This document shows, one piece after another, positions 63,368 through 64,000 of a stretch of DNA of 64,000 nt. Source of the stretch: Octopus bimaculoides (Eukaryota). The position numbers and the translations under genes were made by a program. The stretch covers positions 17,919,695 through 17,983,694 of the forward strand of contig NC_069001.1 in NCBI RefSeq assembly GCF_001194135.2, read 5' to 3'. Positions within the stretch are counted from its first letter, which is position 1. Each line of letters starts with the position of its first letter. The notes under the pieces were generated by a model that was not told the origin of the DNA, searched no databases, and saw only the letters and a program-made list of their open reading frames with translations.

Positions 63368-63532
63368 TGCTGTGTGGCGTACCTGTACTATGAGTCATAA
63401 CCTGGACTCGCGCAAATGCGGCTGCTGTGTGGCGTACCTGTACTATGAGTCATAACCTGGACTCGCGCAAATGCAGCTGCTGTGTGGCGTACCTGTGCTA
63501 TGAGTCATAACCTGGACTCGCGCAAATGCGGC
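63368..63532. repeat. 55-bp minisatellite, 3 copies
   Basis: tgctgtgtggcgtacctgtactatgagtcataacctggactcgcgcaaatgcggc three times, two substitutions in total. Confidence 0.95.
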
Positions 63533-64000
63533 CATTCGTGTTGTGTTTATATTGGTACATTTTTAAGTATTTTGCATTTGATAATCCTAAGTTGCTATGT
63601 TTAAATCGAAATTTACATATAACTTTTAATTCTTCATTGAGTGATATCAAATTTTATGTATGTTCTGAGGCAACTTTTATAAGTGATGTACATCTGTGTT
63701 ATTTGTCCACAAGCATGGGGTATATCCTGGGCTGGTTGTCTGGAGTGGGTATAGTCAGGGCTAGCCCCAAGTATAGTCTGGGCTGTTCCACTGCCAATTT
63801 TCAATCCTGTTTAGACTTGTTGCACCCATACCCCTGCACCGATCGATAAAGCCACAGAGAGACGCTTGCATTCAAGTATGTGCATGTACGCCCTGTGCGC
63901 ATCACCTCAGATGCATTCTAAATTAGGAGTTCTATGTAGTGCGTGCATGTTCAATGGTTCCAGTTTTAGCTAAAACTGTAAAACCTAGGGTTTTGAACAT

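Noticed and set aside
63368-63532. CRISPR-like array
   Set aside because: Units are contiguous with no unique spacers, there are no cas genes, and the context is eukaryotic.

Overview
AT-rich, microsatellite- and transposon-dense animal genomic DNA with seven assembly gaps; it is not prokaryotic. The repeat families resemble those of octopod cephalopods (inference from recall, not verified). The one host gene I can support is SHPRH (SNF2-family helicase/PHD/RING E3 ligase) on the minus strand. I reconstructed 19 coding exons from ATG 44920 down to 2928 (2912 nt, about 970 codons), all with GT-AG introns and consistent phases; the 3' part (RING, helicase C) lies beyond the left edge. Introns and the upstream ~19 kb hold mariner/maT, hAT, piggyBac-type MITEs, Helitron, Gypsy, RTE LINEs with (GAT)n-tailed derivatives, Penelope-like fragments and tRNA-derived SINEs. 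Best leads: (1) a tRNA-headed, fold-back element at 30840-31215 carrying a degenerate minimal hammerhead ribozyme with Penelope-like architecture; (2) this SHPRH apparently lacks the H15 linker-histone domain; (3) the RTE ORF2 carries a PHD-type C4HC3 finger; (4) several long intronic hairpins.
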